The translations under genes were made by a program, and so were the position numbers. Shown here piece by piece: positions 1-12,272 of a stretch of DNA of 64,000 bases (positions are counted from its first letter, which is position 1; each line of letters opens with the position of its first letter). The stretch comes from Zootoca vivipara. Taxonomy: Eukaryota. The notes under the pieces are model-generated. The model was not told where the DNA came from, did not search any database, and saw nothing but the letters and a program-made list of their open reading frames with translations. The stretch spans positions 68,572,001 to 68,636,000 of the forward strand of contig NC_083278.1 of the NCBI RefSeq assembly GCF_963506605.1, in the 5' to 3' direction.

Positions 1-321
1 TGTTTCGTTTTGCAGTCACTAAAACCCCTCCCTCACATAGTGTAGTTACTAGAGCTACTAGTATATTTCTTTAATTTTCTGAATGGTTTGCTATTTTGAG
101 CTCTACCACATCTTTTTCATTCTGGGCTCACAAGGACAGCATTCACTGAATTTAAACCATGAAGTCTTGGAGAGGGATTTCTGATACCACGGGGTTTGGA
201 GCCCAGAGAACCTTGCAAGCATGAGGCACCCCATTCCTGCCTCCCATTTAGAGCTCTTCTATGCATCAAGCCAGAAAAAGGTGTAACTTATCGATCTATC
301 TCTGGAAATTTGTATCACAAA

Positions 322-412
322 TTATTATTCCTATTTATTTAATTTATATACTGTACTGCCCTTCATCCGAGGATCACATGGCGGTTTACAATATAAAAAC
401 ACAACAATAGAT
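322..412 (-). mobile_element. 3' tail of L2-type LINE/SINE
   Basis: tttatttaatttatat...gcccttcatccgaggatcacatggcggtttacaatataaaaacac; the reverse-complement relative is at ~51900-52025. Confidence 0.5.
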
Positions 413-848
413 ACCATTTGTGCCCCATAACTTTCCTTTTCCTTCTCCTGGCATAGGGCATCTTGAATTATTTAGCTTAGAGTTATGAATGTGTCAGGAC
501 TATAATGAAATGCACCCAAAATTTACATATGCTAGTGCTGCCGTGCATAAATTAGTCATAACACAGGACTGTGAGTTATATCCTTTTATTCTTTCATTTC
601 AATAAATGAAGGCTTCCTTTTCCAAATCTTTGTTTGTGTGTATTTCCTTGGGTCACACCTCACTCAGGCACACCGAAAACACTTTTCAGATTCGGTCCCT
701 CTCTGGGAGGTGGGTGTTTGAGAGATCCAGTGAGCAGTGAATACACACAAGATCAATTCAGATACTCATAAACACAGGGTCCCTAGCTCCTGGGATACCA
801 CTGTAGCAGAATTCAAAGCACCAGGGAGATTCGTATAAGACCTCTATC

Positions 849-1000
849 CATGGGTATAGCCAGAATTTTTGTGGGGGGGGCAGGACTTTTGTTGGGGGGC
901 AGAACTGACATGATTGGTCAGGTAGTTAAGTATGTTAAGTATTTCTATTGTTTTACTTGATCTAGGTGGGCACCTCCCCCCTCCCTTGGCTGTGCACATG
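849..1000. mobile_element. hAT non-autonomous element (MITE)
   Basis: Imperfect TIRs catgggtatagcca/tggctgtgcacatg with a perfect 8-bp TSD cctctatc (841-848, 1001-1008). Confidence 0.8.
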
Positions 1001-2089
1001 CCTCTATCCTACTACTGCTGACACTAGACCACAGGAGAAGGCAGGAGAAAAGAAAGAAGGTGGGGAGGAATTCTTTTTTGTTTTGTAATCCAATCAAGAT
1101 AAGAACCTAGAGCTGCAGTGTGTCACTTGGAATACAAAGTGCCACAGTTCATACTCCAAACCAAGATGTGAGTGAATTTGATGATGTCATTTCACACAGC
1201 CAATAAAGAACAAATGAACTGTTAGCACGCATGGCCAAGTTGTACCAGAAACCAATGCAGAGTTAAAGCACTGAACTATTCTTATGCCTCATTTAAATAA
1301 TACTTTTTGTGTGCTTGCCTGTATATCAGAGAAGGGAAACCGCAAGCCCAGAGACCAAACATTGCCCTCTTGACTCTTCCCATACCACACCCCTCACTGG
1401 TCCTGCAATGTGTCCCGTGCCCTTGAGTGGTTTTGGTGGGTTGGAATGTGTCCTTCAAATCTGATCATGGGCATGGTTTGCATGGATCGGAGCAGGGTAT
1501 AGAAATTAGTCTATGGTACCAAAGTAAAGTTCATGTTCACTGCTCCACCAACCACCTGCATGTGGTCCCCAGAAAGTTGCCCAGGAGAGAATGGAACCCT
1601 TGGGCTGAAAATTGTTTCCCATCCCTGTAGCACAGCATCCATGCACCTGCCTTCAGTGTGAACTGACCCTCAGGCTACAGCTTCCTCCCATGCTGTTGCT
1701 ACACGAGCAAATGATGCACCCAATTGAAATAGGGCACCTGGTGTTTGGAATACCATATGGATAAGTTTCATCCACATCCCTTGCCTCATGCTGAAATGAA
1801 GGCTTAGTCTCTCCTAGCCAGATACACTGGAATTCAGACATTGACATTTCTTTACAGAAAACGTTCTGTAATTCAGTAACTGAAAACATTTCTTTGTAAA
1901 GAAGCTTTTGCTTTCATTGCTGCTTAAGGAATTGAATTTGAGTGCTGCTCTCTCTGTGCATTTTGCTATCATTTTTGGTTTGGTAATTCGCATTTCAATG
2001 GCTGGGTGGTTTTAAAAAAATCTTTCTTCTTGTAAGCTGCTTGCAGCAACTCTTTTTGATAGAGAGGGAAAGTATGGTATACATTTTTT

Positions 2090-2225
2090 CAGTGATATTT
2101 TTCTAGAAAAAGAGGTGCCAGAACTCACCATGAACACCTCCCTCATTCTCTTAGAATGGCAGTGGCACCCACTTGAGAGGTGCTGGAACTGAGTTCCTGT
2201 GAGTTCTCCCTGAAAAAGAGCCCTG
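2090..2225. mobile_element. hAT MITE
   Basis: cagtg...ccctg termini, 7/8 TSD (catttttt/cattttta); same family in opposite orientation at 44949-45084. Confidence 0.75.
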
Positions 2226-4233
2226 CATTTTTAAAATAAAAACACCACGTTTCTAGTTGATCTATTTCCAACCCCCCCAAAACCCCTGTGCCTTAAGGTA
2301 ATTTTTCAAGTTTTCCAAATCAACGCTTAATTTTATGTATCATTTTGGTCACATTGTTTCTATGCTGAAAAGCAAATACGGTGCAGCCTGCTTCCAAACA
2401 CAAAAGTTGTACACAATTAAATATGAAAGACTAGGGTAATATTTTGAGGCCGGGGCCAGATAAAGATTCTGTTCTTAAGAGGGCAAATGGGCATTTTTCT
2501 CATCCATAGTTCCTAATTTAGCAATATGGATTTCAAACTTTCCGCTACGGATTGTGGGAGGTTTCTACAGGACGTTCATGATTTATTGTTTATGATTTTC
2601 ATCAGTAGAGAAAGCAGTCAAAAGAAAACTCGGGAGCAAACTTTAATCAAGAACAGGCAGGCAATTTATCAATGATCTGAGAGCACTTTGGATCCAGAAT
2701 ACTGTCAGCATTCTTAATTTAGAAGAATGTATCTGCGCAATATAATTGTCAGCCAGCATTATCTTTCAAAATCCAACTTCTCTGCATTCAGATGTACCTA
2801 ACAAAAATTAAAGAGAGAAGCCCTGTTCAGGTGTTCATTCTCCCATGTGAGTAGTATCATGTGAAAGCAAATGGGCACTGTGTTTCCATGCCCAGTCTTG
2901 TCACCTTCCAGACATTGGAGGATGCAAAGAGAAGCCCGCTGAACTCATGGAGGCTCCAGAGGCACAGGCACAAAATAAAACACATGGTTTTCTGCATTCA
3001 CTTGACGCAACTTTCAGGATTTGCGTCTACGCTAATAAATTGTGGAAATTTTAGGTGATGCGTTTCTTATTCTTTGTAAAGGTAAGTGACCATCCTATAT
3101 GTAAAACTCTTTCTTCTAGGCTATCTGAGTAATACCACACACCCTCTCTTGACCCCTGCCTGGCTCTTCCCTGTTGCCTCATGTCATACAACTAATCCAG
3201 AAGTTAACCTCTGTCTCTGTCTCCTGCCTCTTGCCTTCTGATCCCTTTTGTATGATCCATAACCTGATCGCCAGCACCTTCATGTCCATTTTCCTGCCCC
3301 TGGCTCATGTGTCCATCCTTTAACCTGTCACACCTGGATTCCGTGTCACAAGCTAGGACCCAAACAAACAGCACCCTCCCCCCCCAGCCTTACAACAATG
3401 CAATATGTAGTTATGTTTTATTGACACTGATATGTGAGCCACTTTGCATTTATTTTTGGATTTGAAAAGCAGAGTATAAAGTATTGAAAGAAAAATGAAT
3501 GAACAGCAATCTGCTCTAGAAACTGAAGTTAATTCTGACAGCAGTTTGAGATATATCATAGGGGTGGCGGTGGTCAAGCAACTGAAACAAGGGAGAGAAT
3601 CAAAATTTCACAGGACTGATGGAAGCCCATAGTGTGAGCCTGAGCAAGTGTTTGGACCTTGCGCAAATGCATTTGGGCCTGGGACGTCAGTTTTTGCTAT
3701 CTAAGGCCTGGAGTACAAGCAGTCCTCCTGTTTGTAAAGGATGCCATGTTTCTGTCTCTTTAAGGAAACATAACCACCAATTAAGCTTGAAAATGATTTA
3801 ACTCAAAGAGCTCAGAAACACATTGATGTAGGCCTTATTATTTATAATGCAATAACTAAACACAGTGTAATTTTTGAGAGAGAGCATTATAAAATAGCAC
3901 ACACGAATTACAATTCAGCGACATCTCCAGAGGTTCTGGGAGCTCCACTGGGAAATGGAAATCCACTAATGGAACTAATGGAGCTGAATGAACTAATATA
4001 TTTGATAGAGAATTTGTTGCCACTTTCAATTAGTCTGCAGAGATCCCATTTTATCATTACAAAACAAAACTAAATTGATAAAGCAGTACCGAAGAACAAA
4101 CAGGAATGAGATTTTAATTAACATTGTAACAAATGTGTTCATTTTTAATTTTAAAAAGGGTTCCTTGTGTCAGAAGCAGATCAGTATCGTCTCTTTAACC
4201 AAAAACAAAAGCAAACAAACAAATGAAACCCTG

Positions 4234-4354
4234 AAGAAGTGTGCATGCACACGAAAGCTCATACCAAAATAAAAACTTAGTTGGTCTTTAAGGTGCTACT
4301 GAAGGAATTTTTTTATTTTACTTCGATCCAGACCAACACGGCTACCTACCTGTA
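4234..4354 (+). mobile_element. Penelope-like element terminal repeat fragment with minimal hammerhead motif
   Basis: ctgaagaagtgtgcatgcacacgaaagctcatacc...ttagttggtctttaaggtgctact...gaccaacacggctacc; 13-bp TSD aaatgaaaccctg (4221-4233, 4355-4367). Confidence 0.8.
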
Positions 4355-4496
4355 AAATGAAACCCTGTAGCCCTTTGGGCCAGGGCACTCAAAAACTAGA
4401 TCATTGCCAATTTTTATGAACCACTGCATTCAACAGTCAATCCAAGGGCACAAACTAGTGTGCACAGGTACCCAATTTCTTTTTTAAAACAAAGCT

Positions 4497-5228
4497 ACCT
4501 TTTAATGAGGGTGAAAGAGGAAAATGCAAAATATGGTCTGAAGCTCAATATAAAAAAAACTAAGATCATGGCCACTGGTCCCATCACCTGCTGGCAAACA
4601 GAAGGGGAAGAAATGGAGGCAGTGAGAGATTTTACTCTCTTGGGTTCCATGATCACTGCAGATGGTGACAGCAGTGACGAAATTAAAAGATGCCTGCTTC
4701 TTGGGAGAAAAGCAATGACAAACCTAGACAGCATCTTAAAAAGCAGAAACATCACCTTGCCGACAAAGGTCTGTATAGTTAAAGCTATGGTATTCCCAGT
4801 AGTGATGTCTGGAAGTGAGAGCTGGACCATAAAGAAGGCTGGTCGCTGAAGAATTGATGCTTTTGAATTATGGTGCTGGAGGAGACTCTTGAGAGTCCCA
4901 TGGACTGCAAGAAGATCAAACCTATCCATTCTGAAGGAAATCAGCCCTGAGTGCTCACTGGAAGGACCGATCATGAAGCTGAGGCTCCAATACTTTGGCC
5001 ACCTCATGAGAAGAGAAGAATCCTTGAAAAAGACCCTGATGTTGGGAAAGATGGAGGGCAGTAGGAGAAGGGGACGACAGAGGGTGAGGTGGTTGGACAG
5101 TGTTCTCGAAGCTATGAACATGAGTTTGACCAAGCTGCGGGAGGCAGTGGAAGACAGAAGTGCCTGGTGTGCTATGGTCCATGGGGTCACGAAGAGTCGG
5201 ACACGACTAAACGACTAAACAACAACAA
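4497..5228 (+). mobile_element. Bov-B (RTE) LINE, 5'-truncated
   Basis: ORFs 4460-4849 and 4889-5218 are in one frame, broken by a single TGA, and encode the Bov-B C-terminus (GLKLNIKKTKIM...LLLGRKAMTNLDSILKSR...LRLQYFGHLMRR...VHGVTKSRTRLND); (aac)n tail. Confidence 0.95.
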
Positions 5229-5634
5229 ATTCCCATAGAGCCCTCCTCCTCTCCCGCTTCATGTCTTTGTAAAACTTTCTGTGTTGCAAAAGCAGTTTGA
5301 GGGGTCAGTGGAAATGTATTTCTCTACTCCCACGATTCCTCTTCTCCCACAGCTCCTATTAAAAGCTCTGAAGCTTTTAATCTCACCTCACATCTTGTGC
5401 AATCTCCAGCAGCAGAATTTGTGCTGAAACTACCTGCCAGTACACCCAGAGTTCTTCTTCCCTACGTATATACAGAGAGAAGGAATGAGCTTGGTGGGCC
5501 CGGGCTGATCAGAACACAGCCCTTAAGAAAGATCTGGTTCCAAGTCATACTTGCAGCTTTTCACACTGAATTTAATGTACTATGCCTCTGTCTTACCAAG
5601 CCACACACAATCCTGTCTACTACATTACTATTAG

Positions 5635-6700
5635 AATAATTTATATACTGCCTTTCATTTCAATAAGAAATGCCAAGGTGGTTCACAAACAAATAAAAGC
5701 TAACAGCAAAATAACGGAAATAAAACCAATTATGTCTAAAGCTACAGCTGCCCATAATTAAAATCCATAGTAAAACAGCTTCATTAAAACATTCATAATT
5801 AAAATATATAATAAACGAGCCCATTAAAATAGTCTAACAGTTAAAACCAGTTAAAATAACCACCAAAGCAGGAGATTCAAGTGAGAAGATCAAGGAAATG
5901 CTTGTCTAAGCAAGTGTGTCTTCAAGTGTGCTAAAACCGATGGGACTTCCCATATTTCAGCAAGGAGAACATTCCACAACACTGGTGGGAAAGCCCGCCT
6001 CCATGTTACTACAAGCTGATAATTATTAGGTTGTGACAAAACTCAGCAAGTTCTGTTTGTTGATCTTAATGCCCTTACTAGGCAGTGGAGCAGAAGATGC
6101 CCTTTCAGGTGACCTGCTCCCAAGTTGTTGAGGACTTTGTATGAAAGTAACAGGATCTTAAAACTGGCTTGGTAGGCTGTCAGTGCAGATTTCTTAGCAC
6201 TGGTGTGATGTGCATCCGATAAAGAGTACCACTCACTGCCTGGACCATGGCATTCTATACTAACAGCAGCCTCTGGGCCAGCCATAGGGAAAGCCCCACA
6301 GCGCGTGCATGACAATATTCTAAATATGAGGTCCCCAACACATATGTTGCAATGACCAAATGATCCCTGTCCAGGAAAAGGCACTGTTGATGAACCAGCT
6401 GAAGCTGTTGACAGATGTTCTTCACCATAGGGACCACCAAAGAATGCATTTCTTTTTCATAACACTATGAAAGTGAATCGGGTTGAAATGATAGGACGGT
6501 AGGGGATGGCTGCCCATAAAGGATTCCTTCGTTGGGGCTTGCATTCTGATGTTGGGAAGGATGCCAAGAAACATCCTGAACTTCTCACTAGGGAAGGTGA
6601 CAAGTGGCTTGCCAAAGGCTAAGACAAGAAAGTCTCCCAAGGCAGTTAGAATCCCATCAAGATTCATCATATTAGCTTCAGAAGACAAAGGGGGGGGGGC
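5635..6700 (-). mobile_element. Degraded L2 LINE 3' portion
   Basis: Minus-strand peptide FKILLLSYKVLNNLGAGHLKGHL...ALRS matches the L2 ORF2 C-terminal motif; AT-rich 3' UTR at 5635-5870. Confidence 0.7.
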
Positions 6701-7584
6701 TAACAGTGATGACATGGGAAACATGGTATAGGCCGTCAATAGCACAAAATGATTCCATTTTTTATTATTTATTATCAGAGCCTTGCTGCTTTCATCACAG
6801 TGTTATCTTTTGTTTGGGGATTTCAAATACAAAATAAATAACAGTAACAGGCTCTTTCATGTGCAGCCTATAAGATGACAACTGTCAAGTTTTAATAATA
6901 CAGAACTTACTGCTCTTGTCTTTCTCAGTTTGCCGTGTGCTGTCATGTTAGTGCTTTTGTTGTCTGTGTGTTGTTTAATGAAATTGTGAAGGCAACTAAA
7001 GGAAAAATGTGTGGACCAAATCATGTTTACAGTGTTGTTCCGTAATGTCCTGTGACTAATGGGCAGGTTCTTTGCTTCTAAATTGGCAGCATATATTAAG
7101 AAAATATTTCTGCCTTGCTGCAAGGATTCCTCACATTGGAACACTTATAACAAATGAGATTCTTTGCACCCAGCAAATCAGCTTGAGCAGTGAAGGAACA
7201 TATCAAATGACATATCAAGGTTTAAGATCATGATTGTTTTTTATGGGAAAACTCAGAATGCAACACTGTGCAACATTCACCGCCAGCTAGCCAACATTAT
7301 CCCGAAGGACAGAGTGGGACATTGTTATTATATCTGGCACTTTGCATTTCGCTTTTAAATTTGACATGAACTATAGAGGTTCTGAAATGCAGTCCAGAGG
7401 CCCCCAAATTGTATTCTTGCATGTTTCCATTAATCATATGTTGCATTGCAGCCTCTTCACGGTGTCTCAAAAAAGGATGTCGCTTGAAAAAGGTGCATAG
7501 AATGCCAAGCAAAATGTTCAGGGTCTATAGCTACTCCCATACAAAGAAATTTTAACATGGTGGGGAGGGTTAGAAAAAGGATGA

Positions 7585-8045
7585 GCAAGCTTATAAAATT
7601 ATAAGTAACCTTATAAAAGTCTGCACTGTGTAGAGAAAGAGGAAAGTTCCTCTGTCATAATACTAAAATGCAGGGTTATCTAATAAAATGGAATGGGGAT
7701 GGAATCAGGATAGGCAAAAGAAAGTAGGTCTTCACACTGAGCATAGTCAAAACTATGGAATCCACTATGATGAGATGGGATGACAGCCACCTTCTTAGAT
7801 GGCTTGGTGAAAGGGATTAGGCAGATTCATGGAGAATAATGCTAAGAAACATAATGGCTATTTGCTGCCTCCAGAATCAGAGACAGCATGCCTCAAGAAT
7901 ACCAGCTGCTGGGGAACCTGAGCATGAGAAGCCTACTGTGCTCATATCCTGCCTGGGGGTTTCTCACAGGCATGTTGGCTACTGCAGGAAACAAGATGCT
8001 GGACGAGGTAGGCCTTTGATCTGATTCAGCAGGAGGGCACTTCTT
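7585..8045 (+). mobile_element. Old CR1 LINE 3' fragment
   Basis: ttataaaattat...caggataggcaaaagaaagtaggtcttcacac...tagatggctt...aaagggattaggcagattcatggag plus a CR1-like 3' UTR ending tgatctgattcagcagg. Confidence 0.7.
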
Positions 8046-8424
8046 TTGTTGTCTCAAATTGTTGGGGGAAATTGGAAGAAAAACATATGTAGTTGAAATT
8101 GAAGTGATTCTCCACCCCCACCCCCCACCCAAACTTGTTAAAGGTGTCTGCAGTAGATCTACATGGGATGAATACATAAGAATCAGAATTCAAAGCATTT
8201 CAATTCCTGATATAAAAGAAGACTGACATAAATCCAGGTCTAGGGGGAGGTTTCTTTCTCCCAGAAATGCTAGTTTTCCATACTGGGGTGAACATGTGTG
8301 TGTTGTTCTGTGTGAGCTGCACCAGCAGCCTGAGTAGGAAGCAATAGCTTCTAGACAAAGTTTTTCCTCATCTGGTTTTTTGATGAGAAAAAGACCAAAA
8401 CAGGCTATGAATGAAAGTCTAGAA

Positions 8425-8678
8425 CATGGGTAGGCAAACTAAGGCACAGGGGCCAGATCTGGCCCAATCGCCTTCTCAATCCAGCCCATGGACAGTCCGG
8501 GAATCAGCTTGTTTTTACATGAGTAGAATGTGTCATTTTATTTAAAATGCATCTCTGGGTCATTTGTGGGGCATAGGAATGCGTTCATATTCCCCACCAC
8601 CACCAATATAGTCCAGGCCCCCACAAAGTATGAGGGGCAGTGGACCAGCTCCCTGCTGAAAAAGTTTGCTGACCCCTG
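8425..8678. mobile_element. hAT-Charlie MITE
   Basis: TIRs catgggtaggcaaact/agtttgctgacccctg; perfect 8-bp TSD gtctagaa (NTCTAGAN, Charlie-type target). Confidence 0.88.
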
Positions 8679-9987
8679 GTCTAGAACAACCAAGGGCCAA
8701 TTCAGGATGTGGTTTAAAAACTGTGGAGGAGAACATTCATTGATTGAGGTGCCACTGAGGCATCACACCCATCTTGGCTGTGAGACCTGGAAGACCTCCT
8801 CCCTGCCTTGCTAGCCTCTTTCCACCTGGCCTGGGAGGCCAGGGTCCTGACTGACTCCAGCTACAAGAGCTGAGGCTGCTGAAGAGGCCAGAGACGATCT
8901 TGGCTGCCTCTTAATGCAGACCCAAGTCACCAAACCTGAGCTTCCACAGCCACTGACCACCACTGGCAACCATAAACCACCACTGGCAGCAACAGTAGCA
9001 GATATCTTCTATGCTTATGATGATATTTTATCCTCGTTAATTATGCTGTTTTAAATGTGCATTTTATGTCTGACTTTCTTTAGTAGGCCTAATATTTTCT
9101 TTTGAAATATTTAAGACAATGTCCTGTTAATGTTTAGTTGACCTTTGTAATGTTTTATTTTGAAATCTTTAAGATAATATTTAGTTTTCTGTTGCTTATA
9201 TTGCTTTGAATAGATACTTTATATTTGACTTTCTTCTGCAATGTATCTTCTGGGTTATTTTAGTTGAAGTTTTAATGTAGGTTGTAAACAGCTTTGAGAT
9301 TTTTTCCTTAAAAATATAAAGTGGTATAGAAATGAATTGTTGTTGTTGTTGTTGTTGTTAAACCCTGAGTTCAGCTGTGCTACGTTCTATAGATTTTCTG
9401 CTCTTGAAACCATCAAAACAACTGAACTATTTATGAACTTTTTTCGTATGGCTGCTGGCACTATTCAGAGCAGCCAAGGGAGAAGGAGGACACTCCAGAA
9501 GTCTGGGGAGCTCAAAACAGAAAGAGAAAAAACAAAGGGAGAGAGCCTAGGGAGAACAGTATGCAGAAAATGTTTGTAGAAATGGATGAATAGAGGTGAA
9601 TGAGACAATTCCACATACTGTTTCAAATAATCAGCCAAAATGGTCACTTTCAAATAGCAAGTTCAAGAATACAAAATTGTCACCTTCTGCACAAATGAGA
9701 TCAAGGCACATTTTATGAACAAGCCATCACTTGGAAATAGTTCTTATTATCAAAGGAAATTCCTGATAAAATCCAAACCACCACGTTTGTTGTGGTTTTT
9801 TGGGGGGTGGCGGCAAAATAGCATAGTTATGCCACATTTAGATGAATATGTGCTTTAGGGAGACACAAGACTAGTGAGAAAAGAGATGGCTTGATCTTGT
9901 GGTTGTTGGTTTTGGTAACATGATAAAATCTGTCATAGGAAATAATTTTGCTTTTCTGTGGTGGAAAACACAATGCCTTTGAATGAA

Positions 9988-9990
<3 letters not shown>

Positions 9991-10031
<41 letters not shown>
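9991..10031. repeat. (AT)20 microsatellite
   Basis: Direct reading. Confidence 0.95.
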
Positions 10032-10034
<3 letters not shown>

Positions 10035-10749
10035 CTATTCACAGGCAACAGTATAATATGAGGGAAATTACTTGCTATGTAATGATATATTCAGTTGCTG
10101 TACACGTGGGAACCAATTAACTGTAATAAAGGTAAATCATTCAAATGTAAAATATGAATTGCAGAACAACACAGCAAAGGTTCAAAGATGTGTCAGGAAC
10201 ACCTTTTGTCTTCAAAGTATTTCTAAAAGCAAAAGGGGATGCATATTCATAAACCCCCAAACCGTCTAGTGCACGAAGCAGAGGTTTGGAAAAACAAACC
10301 ACCAACTTATTAGCTTTCATGAAGTGGTGCCAATGCTTAGATTGTGGGTAGGCATAAATTATAGGGAGAAACTAAGGGGAAAGATAAAGGATCAATATGT
10401 ACAACAAACATTTGCAAACTTATGAGTAACAGATACCTTATTTTTGGCTTCTTCACAAGTTCACACTGGAGACAGCTGCAAATAGTTAGAAACTGAAGGG
10501 AAAATCTTTACCATGCATTATATTTTCTATGTTGATCTGAGGTAGAGAGAGCCGATAATGAATCTTGCAGGGAGTAGAGAGGTTCATGAAAGCAGACCTT
10601 ATGCTAATGTAGATGAGAGTTTTTATCCTGGTAGCTAGGCTGGTCTAAATTTACAGAGCCATAAATACCTAAACATTACTTTGTGTGTTTAAGTGTTATG
10701 CTTAACCTCTTTCAGAAGATTACAACTAGCAGCATATTCTTAGTCCTGT

Positions 10750-10995
10750 TACAGGTAGGTAGCCGTGTTGTTCTGACGTAGTCGAAACAAAATAAAAAAA
10801 ATCCTTCCAGCAGCACCTTAAAGACCAACTAAGTTTTTTATTTTGGTATGACCTTTCGTGTGCATGCACACTTCTTCAGACTTCTATTTCAGTGTATCTG
10901 AAGAAGTGTGCATGCACACGAAAGTTCATACCAAAATAAAAAAACTTAGTTGGTCTTTAAGGTGCTGCTGGAAGGAATTTTTTAATTTTGTTTCA
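10750..10995. mobile_element. Penelope-like insertion made of two inverted terminal repeats
   Basis: Left arm is the reverse complement of the 4234-4354 repeat, right arm is the forward copy; 12-bp TSD tcttagtcctgt (10738-10749, 10996-11007). Confidence 0.88.
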
Positions 10996-11320
10996 TCTTA
11001 GTCCTGTGTTCATTGTAACTTCATTGATAGTGATTCCTCCCCCCCCCAAAAAAAACCTAAACAGAAGAAGCCTGGCAGTCCACCTCAGTGAAATTAGGTA
11101 GTTGGCCTAAAATGTTTCCATAACACTTTGAGGACACATTTGAATGGTTCATATAATGATCTCATCTCACAAGCCAAGATGTGCATAGATCTTTTGTCCA
11201 CACAAAGAGCCCCTTTATGACGAACTACAGTTAACCCAGGAAGCAACTAAATAACCATAGTTTCTCACTCCATACTAAGAAACTACAGCATCAGAGTAAG
11301 ATAGGATCATTAATTTGAAA

Positions 11321-11452
11321 TCATGGTTTAGGATTCTATATTTCTGGCTTGTTAAGTAAGTAAGGAACTCTCTGTTTCCTGTTTCAGCTAAAATAGGAAA
11401 CTATGGCTACCAGCTTTGGAACAAGCCAGAAATATAGAATCCTAAACCATGA
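11321..11452. repeat. Perfect 33-bp inverted repeat, 66-bp spacer
   Basis: tcatggtttaggattctatatttctggcttgtt (11321-11353) and its exact reverse complement (11420-11452). Confidence 0.92.
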
Positions 11453-12231
11453 AGCTTACCATGAAGTGTGGATCAAAGGAGCTGTATAAGCAGGCAAAAG
11501 TCTAATTCATAGTATTAACCCAAAATATGAACATTCAAACATGACCATTGCTGCTCAAGGTGTAAGCGTTTATATACATGTACACTACTTATTAAGCCCC
11601 TAAGATACAAGTGGAAAATTTACAGCCCAGAGCTGAAGTTACAACTTAAACTTAATATTTAAATATTTACAAGATGACCATGCAATGGCTATAATACAAA
11701 TCCAGCATTTATTCTCTAAATAAATATTCTCTAAATAAATGCTACATTAATTTAATATTTGGGAATTTAATATTATGGGAATTGTCCTGACTCTTCAGAG
11801 TGGATTTGCGGGAGAGGTAGGAATACTGGGAGAAGGGGCAGCCCTGTTGCACTTGTGAGAGTCCTTGTGCCGGCTTCCAATAGCAGAAACATGGTATTTG
11901 AATCCAGCCCAGATAGTATAAATTATCCTAGCTGATAAACACAAAACTGGATTTGTAATAGCTATATTCTCAACTGCCTACTGGGAAATAGCAATAAGTC
12001 AGCTCAACATGGGGGTTACCCGCTCCCCTTTTCTATTTCTGGAGCTTTTCAAAGGGCCAATGTACTAATTAGTCCTGATTAGTCTTGTAAAACAAGATCT
12101 CTATTGTGCCCATTTTGAAGCCATTAATATTTAATTTGATTATAGGCAAATTTATTCATACGTATCTCCCAGGGTAGTAAAATCTTTGATAAAAGAAAAC
12201 AGAATTGGAAGAGAATGCCCAATTTCAACTA

Positions 12232-12233
<2 letters not shown>

Positions 12234-12270
<37 letters not shown>
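12234..12270. repeat. (CA)n microsatellite
   Basis: Direct reading. Confidence 0.95.

Positions 12271-12272
<2 letters not shown>

Noticed and set aside
4495-5190. 231-aa minus-strand ORF
   Set aside because: Antisense frame of the Bov-B fragment.
11705-11782. Two short tandem duplications (attctctaaataaat x2; aatttaatatt(a)tggg x2)
   Set aside because: Ordinary slippage in AT-rich DNA.
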